DNA of 32,618 nt, taken from NCBI GenBank assembly GCA_964438725.1, contig CAYTLG010000004.1:1-32618 (forward strand). Direction: 5' to 3'. The notes beneath the pieces are model-generated. The model was not told the origin of the DNA, ran no database searches, and worked only from the letters and a program-made list of their open reading frames with translations. How positions within the stretch are numbered: the first letter of the stretch is position 1; each line of letters begins with the position of its first letter. Shown piece by piece: positions 30,769 through 32,618 of this stretch. Made by a program: the position numbers and the translations under genes. Source of the stretch: an uncultured Ruminococcus sp. (GTDB lineage: Bacteria; Bacillota; Clostridia; Oscillospirales; CAG-272).

Positions 30769-31704
30769 TTATGAGTTTCTCTCCATTATCTTAATGAAGA
30801 CTTCCTCAAGGTTCATGCCGACAGCTTCCAGTCCGATAACGGGCCAGTTATGCTCACTCATGGCATAGAAAAGGGGCTTTCTGATATCGACACCCTTTTC
30901 GGATTCAACGATGTAGGTGTAGCTGTCAAGTTCACGCTCGCCTGTCTGTTCGGCTGAAATAACTCCCTGGATATTAGAGAGAACATTCTGAACCTCTCTT
31001 ACCGGTCCGCATATCTTAACGCTGAAACGACGGTTATCCTCAACAGCCTGAGTAATGCTTTCAGTCTTTTCGTCGGCGATTATCTTACCCTCGTTTATGA
31101 TGATGATTCTGTCGCAAACGGACTGAACCTCTGTAAGAATGTGGGTAGAGAGAATAACTGTATGTGTCTTGCCGAGGTTACGGATAAGATTTCGTATCTC
31201 GATTATCTGCTTGGGGTCAAGACCAACAGTAGGCTCGTCGAAGATGATTACGGGAGGATTTCCAATGAGTGCCTGTGCGATACCGACACGCTGTTTATAT
31301 CCCTTGGAGAGGTTTTTTATAAGGCGGTGACGTACATCGTCTATCTTTGTGACCTTCATCACCTCTGCAATGTGAGCTGCCCTCTTGAGCTTGCACGCTT
31401 TGATATCATATACGAAGTTAAGATATTCCTCAACTGTCATGTCGATATAGAGCGGCGGCTGTTCGGGTAAGAATCCGATGAGCTTTTTGGCTTCGTTCGG
31501 ATTTTCAAGGATGTCTATACCGCCTACCTTAGCTTCACCTGAGGTGGAAGAAAGATATCCCGTGAGAATATTCATCGTGGTGGACTTTCCTGCACCGTTC
31601 GGTCCGAGGAATCCCACGATCTCGCCTTTGGCTACTTTGAAGCTGATATCATCAAGAGCAAATTTTGAGCCGTAGTTTTTTACGATATTGTTAATTTCTA
31701 TCAT
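30769..31704 (-). CDS. ABC transporter ATP-binding protein (GldA-like)
   Basis: GPNGAGKST (Walker A), LSKGYKQR (signature), IIFDEPTVGLDP (Walker B), STH, C-term LEEVF; RBS GGAGG. Confidence 0.95.
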   Translation of the reverse strand: MIEINNIVKNYGSKFALDDISFKVAKGEIVGFLGPNGAGKSTTMNILTGYLSSTSGEAKVGGIDILENPNEAKKLIGFLPEQPPLYIDMTVEEYLNFVYDIKACKLKRAAHIAEVMKVTKIDDVRHRLIKNLSKGYKQRVGIAQALIGNPPVIIFDEPTVGLDPKQIIEIRNLIRNLGKTHTVILSTHILTEVQSVCDRIIIINEGKIIADEKTESITQAVEDNRRFSVKICGPVREVQNVLSNIQGVISAEQTGERELDSYTYIVESEKGVDIRKPLFYAMSEHNWPVIGLEAVGMNLEEVFIKIMERNS

Positions 31705-31858
31705 TAGTTACGCTGTACCTCCGTATAGGTTTTGCTTTCGCACAAATAATTACATAAAATTATATCACGATTTTATAAACAAATCTTGAACAAACCAACT
31801 CAGACACGCAATTTGTGTGTTTTTTTGGTGATGTTCATTGAACTTTTTCATGAATACC

Positions 31859-32617
31859 TTATATTATAACAATACCTGCACCCATTATGCCACGTTTTCC
31901 TTGCATTCCCCTGTGTGAAAAGTATGTCTCGGTGTCGCAGCAGGTGCAATCAGGTGAAATATCAATGTTATTTTCAGATATTCCCGAATTTATGAGTATC
32001 TCACGATTCATGGATGAAAGGTTGGCGTGCGGATTTTCATATGAATCAAAATCTATATGACGGCGTACAAAATCCTCTCCGCACAAATCTGTTACCGCAC
32101 GGACGAAATCATCTCCGACCTCGTAACAGCACACGTGGATATTTGCACCAACAGCGACCTTTATGCTGTCACGAACCGCACCAAGCATAAGCATTTTCTC
32201 AACAGCCACTGCTGCAATTCCGTGAACCGTCCCTCTCCAACCTGCATGAACGGCAGCTATAACAGGCTTTTCGTTCTCATCAAGTCCACAGAAAAGTATC
32301 GGAGTACAGTCGGCAGTTTTTACTATCGGCATCACACCATGGGAAGCCGTTGCAAATCCATCCGCATCCTCACCACGTTCAAGTACAGCACCCTCTCCTG
32401 CGTTTGAAGAATCAATAACACGTACCTTTGTTGAGTGTATCTGGTGTAGTGTGACAGAGCTTTCCATACCATATCTGTCACCGCTTATCGCACGTGAAAT
32501 AATGTCGATATTTTTCTTTACAACATCCTTTGGGTCCCCTACATTCATCGCAATATTGAGTGATGATGTATGCTCAAGTGTGCTAACTCCACCTACACGA
32601 CCCGCAAATCCATGCGA
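31859..32617 (-). CDS. pgeF: PgeF/YfiH (laccase-domain, purine nucleoside phosphorylase-like) protein; 5' end lies outside the window
   Basis: QIHS, ADG, TADCTPI, AAVHAGWRG, CCYEVG, CTCC, YFSHR. The frame stays open to the window edge (SHGFAGRVGGVS...LN), so the ORF-track Met at 32548 is internal. Confidence 0.92.
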   Translation of the reverse strand, partial: SHGFAGRVGGVSTLEHTSSLNIAMNVGDPKDVVKKNIDIISRAISGDRYGMESSVTLHQIHSTKVRVIDSSNAGEGAVLERGEDADGFATASHGVMPIVKTADCTPILFCGLDENEKPVIAAVHAGWRGTVHGIAAVAVEKMLMLGAVRDSIKVAVGANIHVCCYEVGDDFVRAVTDLCGEDFVRRHIDFDSYENPHANLSSMNREILINSGISENNIDISPDCTCCDTETYFSHRGMQGKRGIMGAGIVII

Positions 32618-32618
32618 A

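Noticed and set aside
26401-31704. Gliding motility locus
   Set aside because: Gld names reflect homology only; no T9SS or GldJ-N genes here, and the genome looks Gram-positive.
31790-31832. Hairpin GACACGCA/TGTGTGTT with a plus-strand T tract downstream of pgeF
   Set aside because: Imperfect, and the T tail is on the strand opposite the local genes; possibly a weak terminator but too uncertain to call.

Overview
AT-rich bacterial chromosomal segment. SigA-type TTGACA/TATAAT promoters, AAGGAG ribosome-binding sites and lipoprotein solute-binding proteins point to a Bacillota/Clostridia-like organism (inference). The first ~24 kb is a dense carbohydrate-catabolism region: three GH2 enzymes, GH27, GH35, a GH43-like propeller, an SGNH esterase, a beta-helix/CE7-like esterase fusion, two tandem GDPD paralogues, an RNase Z-like MBL hydrolase, an AraC regulator, an ADP-ribosylglycohydrolase-family gene coupled to a solute-binding lipoprotein, and a second partial solute-binding protein. 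The last ~8.7 kb, all on the minus strand, holds yifB/comM, a frameshifted esterase, a GldA/GldF/GldG/DUF4340-like ABC operon and a partial pgeF/yfiH gene. Highlights: (1) an AraC / ARH-family hydrolase / sugar-binding protein module, suggesting the ARH fold is used for glycoside catabolism; (2) an operon joining a beta-helix-esterase fusion to two GDPD copies, one with altered HRG and PENT motifs; (3) an apparently exact in-frame 534-bp tandem duplication in the GldG-like gene; (4) a one-base frameshift that removes the esterase's likely catalytic His. I saw no rRNA, tRNA, CRISPR array or mobile element. All family calls come from motif recognition by eye, not database searches.
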